Source of the DNA: Macrostomum lignano
Lineage: Eukaryota
Reading direction: 5' to 3'
Assembly: GCA_002269645.1 (NCBI GenBank)
Contig: NIVC01001561.1
Coordinates: 1 to 64,000, forward strand
DNA length: 64,000 bases
A program made the position numbers and the translations under genes. Shown one piece after another: positions 1 to 11,200 of this stretch (position 1 is the first letter of the stretch; every line of letters starts with the position of its first letter). The notes beneath the pieces were generated by a model that did not search any database, was not told the DNA's origin, and saw only the letters and a list, made by a program, of their open reading frames with translations.

Positions 1-109
1 CCAAAAGCCACAGCAGTGGGGGGAGCAAAAACTGTAAAAACGGGAGAACCGAACTACAGCGGCAGGCAGACTGAGCAGATCTCACAACACCGGAGCAGCA
101 GCAGTCACC

Positions 110-1957
110 ATGGCGCATTCTCTGCCTGCCGATCAGCAGCAGCCGCCAGACCCGGACAACAGCGGCGCTATGCTCGACAGCGCCATTGAGCAGCCCTTGA
201 CATTCTCGTTTCCCGGCCTGCTCAAACTGGAGCTCAACCGTCGGCGATGGCGCCGACGGCATCTTCGTCGGTACACCCGTCCTGCTCGACTGCCGACGCC
301 TGCTGTGGAAGCCGCAGCCGCCAGGAGGCGGCCTCTGCGCCGCCTTGCCCTTGCCGCCGCCGCCTCCCCAGTCGCTTCCAGCACCTCAGCCAGCACAGAG
401 CAGCGAGCTGGCTTACCGTCAGTGGCTGACTCGGCGCTACCGCAGGCAGTTCCAGCCCTACTCGGAGGCTGGCGGCATGCCAAACCGGCTGTTCCTCGAC
501 CTGTTCAATCGGGTCGGCGCCGCCGGCGGCCGACGCCGCAAGCTGATTCGGCTGCTTCGGCGGGCGGACACGGACAGGAGCGGCCGGACCAGCTGGCCGG
601 ATTTCTACGCCGGCATGACCTACCGGATGCGGTCGGAGGTGGCGCCGGCCAAGCGGCTGGTGAACCGGCTGGTCCGCGCGGCCGATCCCGGGGTCGCCGC
701 GGCGGAACGGCGCCTCCGACAACGTCGAGTAGTTCGACGACGTCGACGACAACGACAGCAACAGCGGGGAAACGGCGGTGGCGGCGGCGGCGGGTCAGTT
801 CTGGTTGCTGACGAGCGAGACTTCGATGACGACGATGAACCCGGCGAGGTGCCCGAAGAGGCGTACATCGAGCTGTACAGATGCCACCCGCCGCCCGTGT
901 TCATCCCGCTGGCTCTGCTGGCTGTTTGGATCGGCTTCTGCGTCAGCGCGGTGCAGCTCAACGCCGGGCCCGCCTGGAACCGGGTCGGCTGGGCGTCCGG
1001 CCTGCCCTACAGCAGCCCGCTGGCCTTCTGCCCAGCCCGGCGGCACGAGGTGAGGAGCTGCTGACGATTACGGAGGTTAAAGACCCTCTGAGGGTGGCGG
1101 CATTTACTGAAGGGTATTCAGAGGGGTAGCGGAATTCACTGAAGGGTATTCAGAGGGGGTAGCGGCTACAAATGCATTCGATCAACACCCAGGTGTGGCG
1201 GTTCGCAACCTACTCTCTACTGCACGACGGCTGGCACCATCTGGTGTTCAACTCGCTGATGCTGCTGCTGCTGGGCCTGCCTCTGCAGCTGGCCCACGGC
1301 GGCCTTCGCGTAGGCGCCGTCATGTTAGGCGGCGTCCTGCTCGGCTCTCTGCTCTCCTCCGTCGCCGAGCCAAGCGCCGTTCTGATTGGCGCCGCCGGCG
1401 CCACCTACGCGCTAGTTGGGGCGCACATCGGCCTGGCGCTGGCCAACTGGGGCCAGTTAAGCGCCGAGTGGCACCAAATCACGGCGCCAACAACAGAATC
1501 AGGAGGCGGCAACTTGAAAACTGGCGGAGGAAAACTTCGCCAATTGTTGGCCTCCTCAATGCTGCGCCTGGCTCTGCTGGTCGGCTTCACTTACGCCGAT
1601 TTTGCCGTTGCGATTTACCAGCGGCACTGGCGCCGGTTTGCCATACTGGCTGGGGACAAGCATTGGCTGAGTCTGAGCTCCTACTGTGCTCAGCCTGCCG
1701 GCCTGGCCTGGGGCTGTCTGGTCGGCACCCAGCTGCTCAGCTTCGACCTGGATGACGACGGCGAAGGTGACGAGGACAGCGCTGAAAATGGCGGCAGACA
1801 GCGGAGACGCTGGTGCCAGCGCTGCCTGCTGAGAGTCAGTCTAGCAGGTTTTGCCGGCTTGGCCGCATTTGCGATTCTGTGGAATGTCTTCAACACCGGA
1901 TGGTATTCGGCTGCTGGCGGACTGGCCTGCGGAGGGGGGACTCGGCATGCTGGCTAG
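110..1957 (+). CDS. Rhomboid-family intramembrane protein with N-terminal EF-hand-like loop (RHBDL3/rho-4 type); predicted catalytically inactive
   Basis: Exons 110-1049 and 1193-1957 (GAG|gtgagg ... cccag|GTG). Rhomboid motifs RRHE|VWRF-TY-LLH-GW-HL-FN and GAAG (normally GASG); EF-hand-like DTDRSGRTSWPD. Exon 1 needs removal of one base near 235-240 to join the ATG at 110 to the frame of ORF 345. About 567 aa if corrected. Confidence 0.85.
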
Positions 1958-1960
1958 CTG

Positions 1961-2266
1961 AGGACTACTATTGTTGCTGGGGGCTGGCTACTGTTGCTAG
2001 GGCCTGGCTACTGTTGCTAGGGACTGGCTACTGTTGCTAGGGACTGGCTACTGTTGCTAGGGACAGGCTATTGTTGCGAGGAACTGGCTATTGGTTGCTA
2101 GGGACTGGCTATTGTTGCTAGGGCCTGGCTGTTGTTGCTAGGGACTGGCTATTGGTTGCTAGGGTCTGGCTAATGGTTGCTAGGGTCTGGCTACTGCTGC
2201 TAGGGCCTGACTACTGTTGCTAGGGTCTGGCTATTGGTTGTTAGGGGCTCGCTATTGTTGCTGGGG
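1961..2266. repeat. ~20-21 bp minisatellite (GGCTACTGTTGCTAGGGACT)
   Basis: About 14 units immediately after the rhomboid stop codon. Confidence 0.9.
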
Positions 2267-2708
2267 GTGATAAGAGCGCATGAACAACACTATACTGTGA
2301 CCAGTAAACATCGCCACCATATCCACGAAACATTAATGTGTTTTTCTTCGTTATATTTCCAATTGCTAAAACTACTTGATACTACTGCTTTACTACTTCA
2401 GTAGTAGTATGATAAGAATTTGTACTAATTTGATAAAATTCCATTGATTGTCAACGACGCTTTGCAGTGTAAATTAATACTTCATTATTTTCCATTTCTG
2501 TTGTCAATGAACGAATTTTGTTTTGTTGTATTATTCAATTAGTTTAAATTTCATGCCCTAAGTGACTGCTTAATCATTGCCTAAATTCTACTCGCTGGTT
2601 AATTTTCATATTTTTTGTTAGCTTCTGGTTGCTCTAGCTACTATAGTTTCTTTCAGTGAAGTTGATAACGAAGCTGCTCAAGCGGAGAGTCCCCATTCGC
2701 TGAAGCAA

Positions 2709-2953
2709 CCACTGCCACAGAGCTGCACTCGGCCATAGACAATACAGCCAATCAAAGCCACTGCCACAGAGCTGCACTCGGCCATAGACAATACAGCCAA
2801 TCAAAGCCACTGCCACAGAGCTGCACTCGGCCATAGACAATACAGCCAATCAAAGCCACTGCCACAGAGCTGCACTCGGCCATAGACAATACAGCCAATC
2901 AAAGCCACTGCCACAGAGCTGCACTCGGCCATAGGCAATACAGCCAATCAATC
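2709..2953. repeat. 49-bp tandem repeat, 5 copies, each containing AGCCAATCA
   Basis: Units start at 2711, 2760, 2809 and so on. Confidence 0.95.
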
Positions 2954-3124
2954 CGAAAACTCGCAAATACAAGAAGCTGCAGTCTTTCACAGACCGGCTC
3001 TGCTCTCTTTCTCTCTGGTTAAAAGACAATCAAGTATTCTGGCTACAGAACTTCATTGGCGCAGCGAATGGGGACTTTCCAATTGATCGGTTTTACCTGA
3101 TCAAGCTGATTAACTTTCAATGAA

Positions 3125-3465
3125 GGGGACCGTAGTCCAGAGGTCTAGCGCGGCGCTCTGTTGTGCTGGCGGCCCAGGCTCGATTCCAAGTGCAGTCGCA
3201 TTAATTTGGGGCTTAATTGGAATCTCGGCTTGGCTCTGCTCGTGCAATTAACGGCCTTGATGGCCAACCCCAAAGGCACAGTAAAGTGTACATGCCTAAC
3301 GATAAATAAAGTGAGGGCCGCTGTACACTCCTGTGTGAGTGTGTGCCTGTGCGTGTGACTGCTCAGGGGAGTCGGCGGAATGGGGCAGTAATGCCTCTCG
3401 CCGGTTGTGTGACAACGTCGCTTAAAGTGCGTCAGGGTGCACACAACCCCCTTGCCTCTAAAAAA
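3125..3465 (+). mobile_element. tRNA-derived SINE, family A, full-length copy
   Basis: tRNA-like head GGGGACCGTAGTCCAGAGG...GGCTCGATTCC (A- and B-box-like), unique body and short A tail; nearly collinear with the minus-strand copy at 16860-17224. Confidence 0.75.
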
Positions 3466-4070
3466 TCAGCTTCACTGACAAAAGTTTCCCTGCTTAAAGC
3501 TGATCTCTGCTTTTGTAATTGTGCATTGTATTTGTTTTTCTATGCATTCTGAAAGCTGTCAAAGCATCTCCTCTTTCCTGTTTCAGTGAATCATATTTTT
3601 TAACATTATTTATTAATTCCCACGAAAAAATGGTTCGCAATTTACTTTCAGTGTTTGTCAGTTGATGTCATAAAAAAGAAATGTTGTCTCGCGGCCTTTA
3701 CTAGAGAACAGGCTTGCTTAAAACAATAACCACAGCAATATTGGTTGGCCAATAAACACTATAAGAACCCTGCAGAGTCTTTGAAGTGTCTTCTTCTTCT
3801 AGTAGACGTACTGTTTCAAGCAATTTTTGCTATCTGCATTGCCTACGTGAGCCGAGTTAATTGCGTCTCTTTTGAGACGGACAGACAGACTGACAGAAGA
3901 GCCGGGCGCAGTGATGAAAGTTGATTAATTTCGGAATGTTTATAAATACTACGGGCCTCCAACGCTGGCCTTAGATGAAACTTTTACAGACACTGGTAAT
4001 CTAGCCAGTCACTATTTGGTCACAAAGCAAGTGTGCTTTGAAAAGATTTTCTATCGCAAGATGTTTAATG

Positions 4071-4235
4071 CTGGGATTGGTAAACTCCGGTCTACGAAGC
4101 TTCTCTATCCGGTTTTTAAGTCCTTAGAAACTTCACAATAGCAATACGGCCCCCTCAAGGTTTGTCTCTTCTCAGCTCTCTCTTTTCTTATCTCTCATCT
4201 CATCCTTCCTCTTCTCATTCCTCTGTTCCCTTTCC
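4071..4235 (+). mobile_element. Partial copy of the Charlie-like MITE family
   Basis: CTGGGATTGGTAAACTCCGG (TIR-like), CTCTATCCGG, GAAACTTCACAATAGCAAT, CAAGGTTTGTCTCTTCTCAGCTC. Confidence 0.55.
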
Positions 4236-4238
4236 GTT

Positions 4239-5466
4239 GCTTCACAATCCTTAAGCTTCACAATCCTTAAGCTTCACAATCCTTAAGCTTCAAAATCCTT
4301 AAGCTTCACAATCCTTAAGCTTCACGATCCTTAAGCTTCACAATCCCCAAGCTTCACAATCCCCAACCCCAAGCTTCACAATCCCCAAGCTTCACAATAC
4401 CCCAAGCTTCACAATCACCAAGCTTCACAATTCCCAAGCTTCACAATCTCCCAGCTTCACAATCCCCAACCCTAAGCTTCACAATCCCCAAGCTTCACAA
4501 TACCCCAAGCTTCACAATCCCCAAGCTTCACAATCTCCCAGCTTCACAATCTCCAAGCTTCACAATCCTTAAGCTTCACAATCCCCAAGCTTCACAATCC
4601 TTAAGCTTCACAATCCTCAAGCTTCACAATCCCCAAGCTTCACAATCTTTAAGCTTCACAATCTTTAAGCTTCACAATCCTTAAGCTTCACAATCCTTAA
4701 GCTTCACAATCCCCAAGCTTCACAATCCTAAAGCTTCACAATCCTTAAGCTTCACAATCCTTAAGCTTCACAATCTCCCAGCTTCACAATCTTCCAGCTT
4801 CACAATCTTTAAGCTTCACAATCCTTAAGCTTCACAATCCTTAAGCTTCACAATCCCCAAGCTTCACAATCCTAAAGCTTCACAATCCTTAAGCTTCACA
4901 ATCCTTAAGCTTCACAATCTCCCAGCTTCACAATCTTCCAGCTTCACAATCTCCCAGCTTCACAATCCCCAAGCTTCACAATCCCCAAGCTTCACAATCC
5001 CCAAGCTTCACAATCCCCATGCTTCACAATCCTTAAGCTTCACAATCCCCAAGCTTCACAATCCCCAAGCTTCACAATCCCCAAGCTTCACAATCCCTAA
5101 CTTTCACAATCCCCAAGCCTTACAATCCCCAACCCCAAGCTTCACAATCCCCAAGCTTCACAATCTCCAACCCCAAGCTTCACAATCCACAAGCTTCACA
5201 ATCCCCAAGCTTCACAATCCCTAACTTTCACAATCCCCAAGCTTTACAATCCCCAACCCCAAGCTTCACAATCCCCAAGCTTCACAATCTCCAACCCCAA
5301 GCTTCACAATCCACAAGCTTCACAATCCCCAAGCTTCACAATCCCTAACTTTCACAATCCCCAAGCTTCACAATCCCTAACTTTCACAATCCTTAAGCTT
5401 CACAATCCTCAAGCTTCACAATCCCCAACCCCAAGCTTTACAATCCCCAGGCTTCACAATCCCCAA
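4239..5466. repeat. 16-bp minisatellite (AAGCTTCACAATCCCC)
   Basis: About 75 units with CCCC/CCTT/CTCC variants. Confidence 0.95.
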
Positions 5467-5759
5467 TCTAGACTTTTTTCTAGATTTTCGGATATTGAAA
5501 TTTTTACGTATCTGTGAAAAGATTGCATAAAAGATATCAATTTTCGAATCCGTATTTGAGGCAGGTAACAACCTGCATCTGACTGAAAGTGGACAAGATC
5601 GAGGAGTAGAGAGCGAACGAATCCACCAGGTCCTCATGGACCTGTCAATCTCGGATTTCGCTTCACCTCCGCCATGAGAATGAGGCGCCCGAGAGTAGGA
5701 GGGCCCAAAGAGAGCCGATGTTTTTTTACAAGAAAAATGATTGAGTGCTTCAGGGCTGC

Positions 5760-5982
5760 AGAGCTCTGTCAGGCTTTCATGCCTGCATTGGATGCCTGAA
5801 GTGCCTGACAGACAGAGAGAGACGTTGGCGCGGCAGAGGGCAGCCAGTTCTCACCCTCACAGCAAATATTTAAGGCCAGCTCTTGTATTTCTTGGTTCAA
5901 CTTTCATTTCTTATTGTCTCTGGTTAGCTGCTTGTGGCCTCTTGGCCCCCTTTGTTCACAATAATCGGTTGAACGCAGCACA
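5760..5982 (+). other. Possible non-coding 5' exon of the SLC6 gene
   Basis: Strong donor CAG|gtgagt at ~5982 in unique sequence; candidate acceptor cgccag at ~8244 just before the ATG at 8251. No transcript evidence. Confidence 0.3.
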
Positions 5983-6216
5983 GGTGAGTCCCTTCATTGG
6001 CTTTTATCTGCACCCTCTACCGATTGCATAGTCAAACACCAGCTGGCTCTCTGTGTGCTGCAGTGTGTGTCTTCTGCTTCTTGGAAAGAAGCCAGCTGCA
6101 GAACATGTTAGTGCACTAAGACAATTTGACAAAGTGCGAATGGTTTGGGCTCATAGCTACCAGTTTTGGTGAGTTAAAACCCATGAGACATAACCTTTGA
6201 TATATTAGGGTGCTTT

Positions 6217-7492
6217 TTACAATTCCCCAGCTTCACAATCCCCAAGCTTCACAATCCCCAAGCTTCACAATCACCAAGATTCACAATCCCCAAGCTTCAC
6301 AATCACCAAGATTCACAATCCCCAAGCTTCACAATCCCCAAGATTCAGAATCCCCAAGCTTCAGAATCCTCAAGCTTCACAATCCCCAAGATTCACAATC
6401 CCCGAGATTCACAATCACCAAGATTCACAATCACCAAGATTCACAATCACCAAGATTTACAATCTCTAAGATTCACAATCCTCAAGCTTCACAATCCTCA
6501 AGCTTCACAATCCTCAAGCTTCACAATCCGCAAGCTTCACAATCCTCAAGATTCACAATCACCAAGATTTACAATCTCTAAGATTCACAATCCTCAAGAT
6601 TCACAATCCGCAAGATTCACAATCCGCAAGATTCACAATCACCAAGATTCACAATCACCAAGATTCACAATCACCAAGATTTACAATCTCTAAGATTCAC
6701 AATCTCTAAGATTCACAATCACCAAGATTCACAATCCCCAAGCTTCAGAATCCTCAAGCTTCACAATCCCCAAGATTCACAATCCCCGAGATTCACAATC
6801 ACCAAGATTCACAATCACCAAGATTCACAATCTCTAAGATTCACAATCTCTAAGATTCACAATCCTCAAGCTTCACAATCCTCAAGCTTCACAATCCTCA
6901 AGCTTCACAATCCGCAAGCTTCACAATCCTCAAGATTCACAATCACCAAGATTTACAATCTCTAAGATTCACAATCCTCAAGATTCACAATCCGCAAGAT
7001 TCACAATCCGCAAGATTCACAATCACCAAGATTCACAATCACCAAGATTCACAATCACCAAGATTTACAATCTCTAAGATTCACAATCTCTAAGATTCAC
7101 AATCACCAAGATTCACAATCCCCAAGCTTCAGAATCCTCAAGCTTCACAATCCCCAAGATTCACAATCCCCGAGATTCACAATCCCCAAGCTTCACAATC
7201 ACCAAGATTCACAATCCCCAAGCTTCACAATCCCCAAGATTCAGAATCCCCAAGCTTCAGAATCCTCAAGCTTCACAATCCCCAAGATTCACAATCCCCG
7301 AGATTCACAATCACCAAGATTCACAATCACCAAGATTCACAATCACCAAGATTTACAATCTCTAAGATTCACAATCTCTAAGATTCACAATCACCAAGAT
7401 TCACAATCACCAAGATTCACAATCCCCGAGATTCACAATCCTCAAGCTTCACAATCCTCAAGCTTCACAATCCTCAAGCTTCACAATCCCAC
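6217..7492. repeat. 16-bp minisatellite of the same family (AAGATTCACAATCACC)
   Basis: About 80 units in the same orientation as 4239-5466. Confidence 0.95.
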
Positions 7493-7909
7493 AACTTCAG
7501 ATCCAAAATTTTCCCCAATGCAGAATTCATTAAATTAAAAATGCAATCGGCTCAAAATTGCTCAGCTGTCAATTAGAATTGCAACTTTTAAGTCTAATAA
7601 TTCAATCAATCATTCAGACAACTGACAAAAGAGCAGCACCTTAGCGTTAAAGCCACTTGACCTGAGAACAGTGCTAGATTTTTCGTCAGTTATATATATA
7701 GTGTACTGGTTGTCTGCTACTGCCATTGTGCAACACTTAATCAGATCGACAAAAAATGTATTGGAACTTCTCAAGCATTCTGTAAGTGCAGTATTTTTAA
7801 ATCACTGTGTTCTGGCCTACTAAGATGATGTGACTCGTGTTTATCAGCTTGGGTAATGTCAAGTTGAAGCACCAGGTCTTATCTGCGACATCCGAAAAAA
7901 TCAATAATT

Positions 7910-8230
7910 TCTATATAAAAAGGAATATTTCCCATAAAATGGCACATTTCCCTTTGAAGTGGCACATTTCCTATAAAAATGGCGCATTTCGTCTAGAAGT
8001 GGCGCATTTCCCCTAAAAAGTGTCGCATTTCCCATAAATATGGCATATTTCCCATTAAAATTGCACAGTTCCCATAAAAATTGCAAATTTCCCATAAAAT
8101 GGTACATTTCCTATTAAAAATGGCGCATTTCCCATAAAAATGGCACATTTCCAATAAAAAATGGCACATTTCCTATAAAAAATGGCGCATTTCCCATAAA
8201 AATGGCACATTTCCAATAAAAATGGCACAC
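7910..8230. repeat. ~20-bp minisatellite (AAATGGCRCATTTCCCATAA)
   Basis: About 15 units ending ~20 bp before the SLC6 ATG. Confidence 0.9.
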
Positions 8231-8250
8231 TCAACGCCCGCCAGGCACAG

Positions 8251-11200
8251 ATGAGCGATCAAAGTTCGCCAGAGGCCGCATCGGCGGACTCCCCGGCCGC
8301 CGAGGAGAGATCCCCCCTGGCCCCTTTGTCGAGTGGCGGCGTTGGCGGCAATTCCACTGCGTCGAACGTCGCCCAAGACGACCCCGAATTCGAAGTCGAA
8401 GTCGCCGTTGACGAGCGAGAAAGCTGGGGCACGAAGATCGACTTTCTCCTGTCAATCATTGGCTTTGCCGTGGATTTGGCAAACGTGTGGCGCTTCCCCT
8501 ACCTGTGCTATAAATACGGCGGCGGGGCCTTCCTGCTGCCCTACTTCCTCATGAACATCTTTCAGGTGGCAACCGCTCGACTTTGAATCTTGCACTGATC
8601 TGTTCACTCCCTTCCCTCTCTTCACTCCCTTCCCTCCCTTCACTCCCTTCCCTCCCTTCACTCCCTTCACTGCATTCACTCCTTCCTCTCCCTTCACTCC
8701 CTACACTCACTTCACTCCCTTCACTCCCTTCACTCCTTCACTCCCTTCAGTCCCTTCACTCCCTTCAGTCCCTTCACTCCTTCCACTCCATTCACTCCAT
8801 TCACTCCCTTCACTCCCTCCACTCCCTTCACTTCCTTCACTACCCTCAATCCCTTCACTCCTTCCACTCCCTTCACTCCCTTCAATCCCTTCACAATCCC
8901 TTCCCTCACTACCCTCACTCCCTTCATTCCCTTCACTCCTTTCACTCCCCTCACTTCCTTCACTACCCTCACTCCCTTCACTTCTTTCACTCCCTTCACT
9001 ACCCTCGCTCCCTTCACTACCCTCACTCCCTTCACTTCTTTCACTCCCTTCACTACCCTCGCTCCCTTCACTACCCTCACTCATGGACCACTTGAAGCTA
9101 CCGTTGTATCAACAACTCGCCTCACTCCCTCCATTCACAGGCGGTGCCCCTGTTCTACATGGAGCTGGTGCTGGGCCAGGTGAACCAGCACGGCCCCATC
9201 CGAGTGTGGGACATCTGCCCTCTGGCCAGGGGCATCGGTCTGGCCCAGAACCTCATGACCTATCTGGTTGCATTCTACTACAACGTCATCATAGCTTGGT
9301 GCTTCTTGTTCTTATTCAACTCATTCTCAACGACCACTCTGCCCTGGATGAAGTGCGACAACGCATTTAATACGGAGTGGTGCGTCACGGTTGAGCAGTA
9401 CAAGAACCTTACTATGCAGAATCGGAGCGCCAAGTACGTTCTCGCATCTGAGGAATTCTTTGAGTGAGTTGTCAGTCTTGCTGTTGAACAGACTCTGTCA
9501 CCTGATCCTCTAGTGGGTCACCTGATCCTCTAGTGGGTCACCTGATTATCCAGTGGGTCACCTGATCCTCCAGTGGGTCACCTGATCCTCTAGTGGGTCA
9601 CCTGATCATCCAGTGGGTCACCTGATCCTCCAGTGGGTCACCTGATCCTCTAGTGGGTCATCTGATCATCCAGTGGGTCACCTCCTGATCCTCCAGTGGG
9701 TCACCTGATCCTCCAGTGGGTCACCTGATCCTCTAGTGGGTCATCTGATCATCCAATGGGTCACCTCCTGATCCTCCAGTGGGTCACCTGATCCTCTAGT
9801 GGGTCATCTGATCATCCAGTGTGTCACCTCCTGATAATCCAGTGTGTCACCTCCTGATCATCCAGTGTGTCACCTCCTGATCATCCAGTGTGTCACCTCC
9901 TAATCCTCCAGTGGGTCACCTCCTGATCATCCAGTGGGTCACCTCCTGATCATTCAGTGGGTCACCTCTTGATTTTCATATTAAACAGGTCAAACTTATT
10001 AGTGCAAGTGACCTGCAGCAATGTACATTCATAACCAACATTATATTGTCAACCAGCTCTCAACCTCCCGGAATTCGCATCTCGATTTCTCAGGCGCGGG
10101 GTCCTCGCCATCCACGAGAGCGTCGGACTGAGCAACCTGGGCCAGCCGCGCCTGCTGCTGGTGATCTGCTGCATGATCGTGTTCACCTGCTTGTACTTCT
10201 CCCTGTGGAAGGGAGTGAAGACCTCCGGCAAAGTGGTGTACATCACCGCCACAATGCCTTACATCCTGTTGTCCATCCTGCTCGTCAATGGGGCCAGACT
10301 GCCCGGTGCCAGCAAGGGCATAAAGTACTTTATTAACCCGGACCTGTCCAAGTTGAACTCTATCGATGTGAGTTCATTGGGGGACTTACTAAAGAATTGA
10401 TGCTGCTTGAGGACTTGAAACTTTAAATTTGAATCCTCCACCAACCCTCAAATGCTTCTCAAGCCTCATAGATTCACAAAGTTTAAAAATATTCCCGAAC
10501 CCGAAGATATTCATCAACTTCTTAAATGGTTCAAGAAAACTAAAAAGATTCACCGAACCAACAAAGGTTCACCGACCCTAAGAAGATTCACCAAACCCTA
10601 AGAAGATTCACAAAACCCTAGAAAGATTCACAAAACCCTAGAAAGATTCACCAAACCCTAAGAAGATTCACCAACCCCTAAAAATATTCACCAAACCCTA
10701 GAAAGATTCACCAAACCCTAAGAAGATTCACCAAACCCTATTAATATTCACCAAACCCTAGAAAGATGCATCAATTATAATAATTTTTTATTATCTTCTC
10801 CCCTCTCTTCTCACCTTTCTTTTCTGCCCTCTCTCATCCCTACCCTTTTCACATATTCTCTTTTCTCAAACTGTACATTGATCTCCATCTGGTCACTAAG
10901 ATGTCACTAAAAACAAAATGAAGCAGTGAGAAATTCCTCACACAGCCTTGGATCGAGGCGGCAATCCAGGTGTTCTACTCAACAGGCGCCGGCTTTGGCG
11001 TCCACCTGTCCTACGCCAGCTACAGCCGGCCGAAGAACAACTGCTACCGAGACTGCCTCATCACTGCGGCCGCCAATGCGGCTGCCAGCTTCCTAGCCGG
11101 TTTTGTTGTGTTCTCCTACCTGGGATACATGTCCGAGATCACTGGGAAACCGGTGGATCAGGTCACTGCTGAGGGTAATTAACTTGCTAAAATTATGTTA

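Noticed and set aside
110-1957. iRhom (RHBDF) assignment for the inactive rhomboid
   Set aside because: No GPx motif and no Cys-rich iRhom homology domain; the architecture is EF-hand secretase type.
10590-10765. Interstitial telomere (AAACCCT words)
   Set aside because: The words are embedded in a 20-bp unit related to local minisatellites, not a TTAGGG/TTTAGGG tandem array.
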